Shown in pieces: positions 31,950 to 32,000 of a stretch of 32,000 nt of DNA. The first letter of the stretch is position 1, and the number at the start of each line of letters is the position of its first letter. The notes under the pieces were generated by a model. The model was given only the letters and a program-made list of their open reading frames with translations. It had not been told where the DNA came from and searched no databases. The translations under genes were made by a program, and so were the position numbers. This DNA comes from Okeanomitos corallinicola TIOX110 (GTDB lineage Bacteria; Cyanobacteriota; Cyanobacteriia; Cyanobacteriales; Nostocaceae), in assembly GCF_038050375.1 (NCBI RefSeq), contig NZ_CP150886.1:1063318-1095317 (forward strand). Direction: 5' to 3'.

Positions 31950-32000
31950 ACAAAGAAAATGAAATTATTGCTAGTAGCGGAAATGTGTTCGCTGATTTAG
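31946..32000 (+). CDS. HigA-like XRE-family HTH antitoxin, N-terminal part (runs off the right edge)
   Basis: The ATG at 31946 overlaps the toxin stop (ATGA). It reads MNKENEIIASSGNVFADL; the SSGNVFADLG motif is typical of the partner antitoxin of Gp49-like toxins. Confidence 0.7.
   Translation, partial: MNKENEIIASSGNVFADL

Overview
The window looks like a chromosomal segment of a filamentous, heterocyst-forming (Nostocales-type) cyanobacterium. Three things support this: many HIP1 octamers (GCGATCGC), several blocks of tandem heptanucleotide STRR-type repeats (GGTAATT and GGTGACA families) at gene ends, and a cyanobacterial gene set (petC, psb30/ycf12, a ycf35-type DUF1257 cluster, DUF3038/DUF4335, mutS2, recJ, plsC). 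I found no rRNA, tRNA or CRISPR array.

The conserved backbone is interrupted by several islets that look accessory. By my manual scan, all of them lack HIP1.
- 3414-4411: an overlapping PIN-PIN gene pair with no visible antitoxin.
- 11618-15621: an m5C methyltransferase plus putative restriction endonuclease cassette, then a PD-(D/E)xK gene, a diverged 3' remnant of a second methyltransferase gene, and a DUF4351-type gene.
- 19552-21228: a fatty-acid desaturase bracketed by about 136-bp direct repeats that duplicate the plsC 5' end and upstream region.
- 25302-26950: a solo TnpB (IS1341/IS605-type) element abutting a frameshifted 3' remnant of smc.
- 28100-32000: a large LRR-Roc-COR (ROCO) GTPase with an unusual C-terminal three-helix membrane module, surrounded by a brnT-like remnant, MITE-like inverted repeats and a higB/higA-like module.

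The ROCO-TM gene is my best candidate for an undescribed sensor-effector system. Its LRR-coding region is a 69-bp tandem array, and two of its units are exactly identical. The PIN-PIN pair and the restriction-modification turnover scar are the next best candidates. All family assignments rest on motif recognition by eye; I ran no database search.
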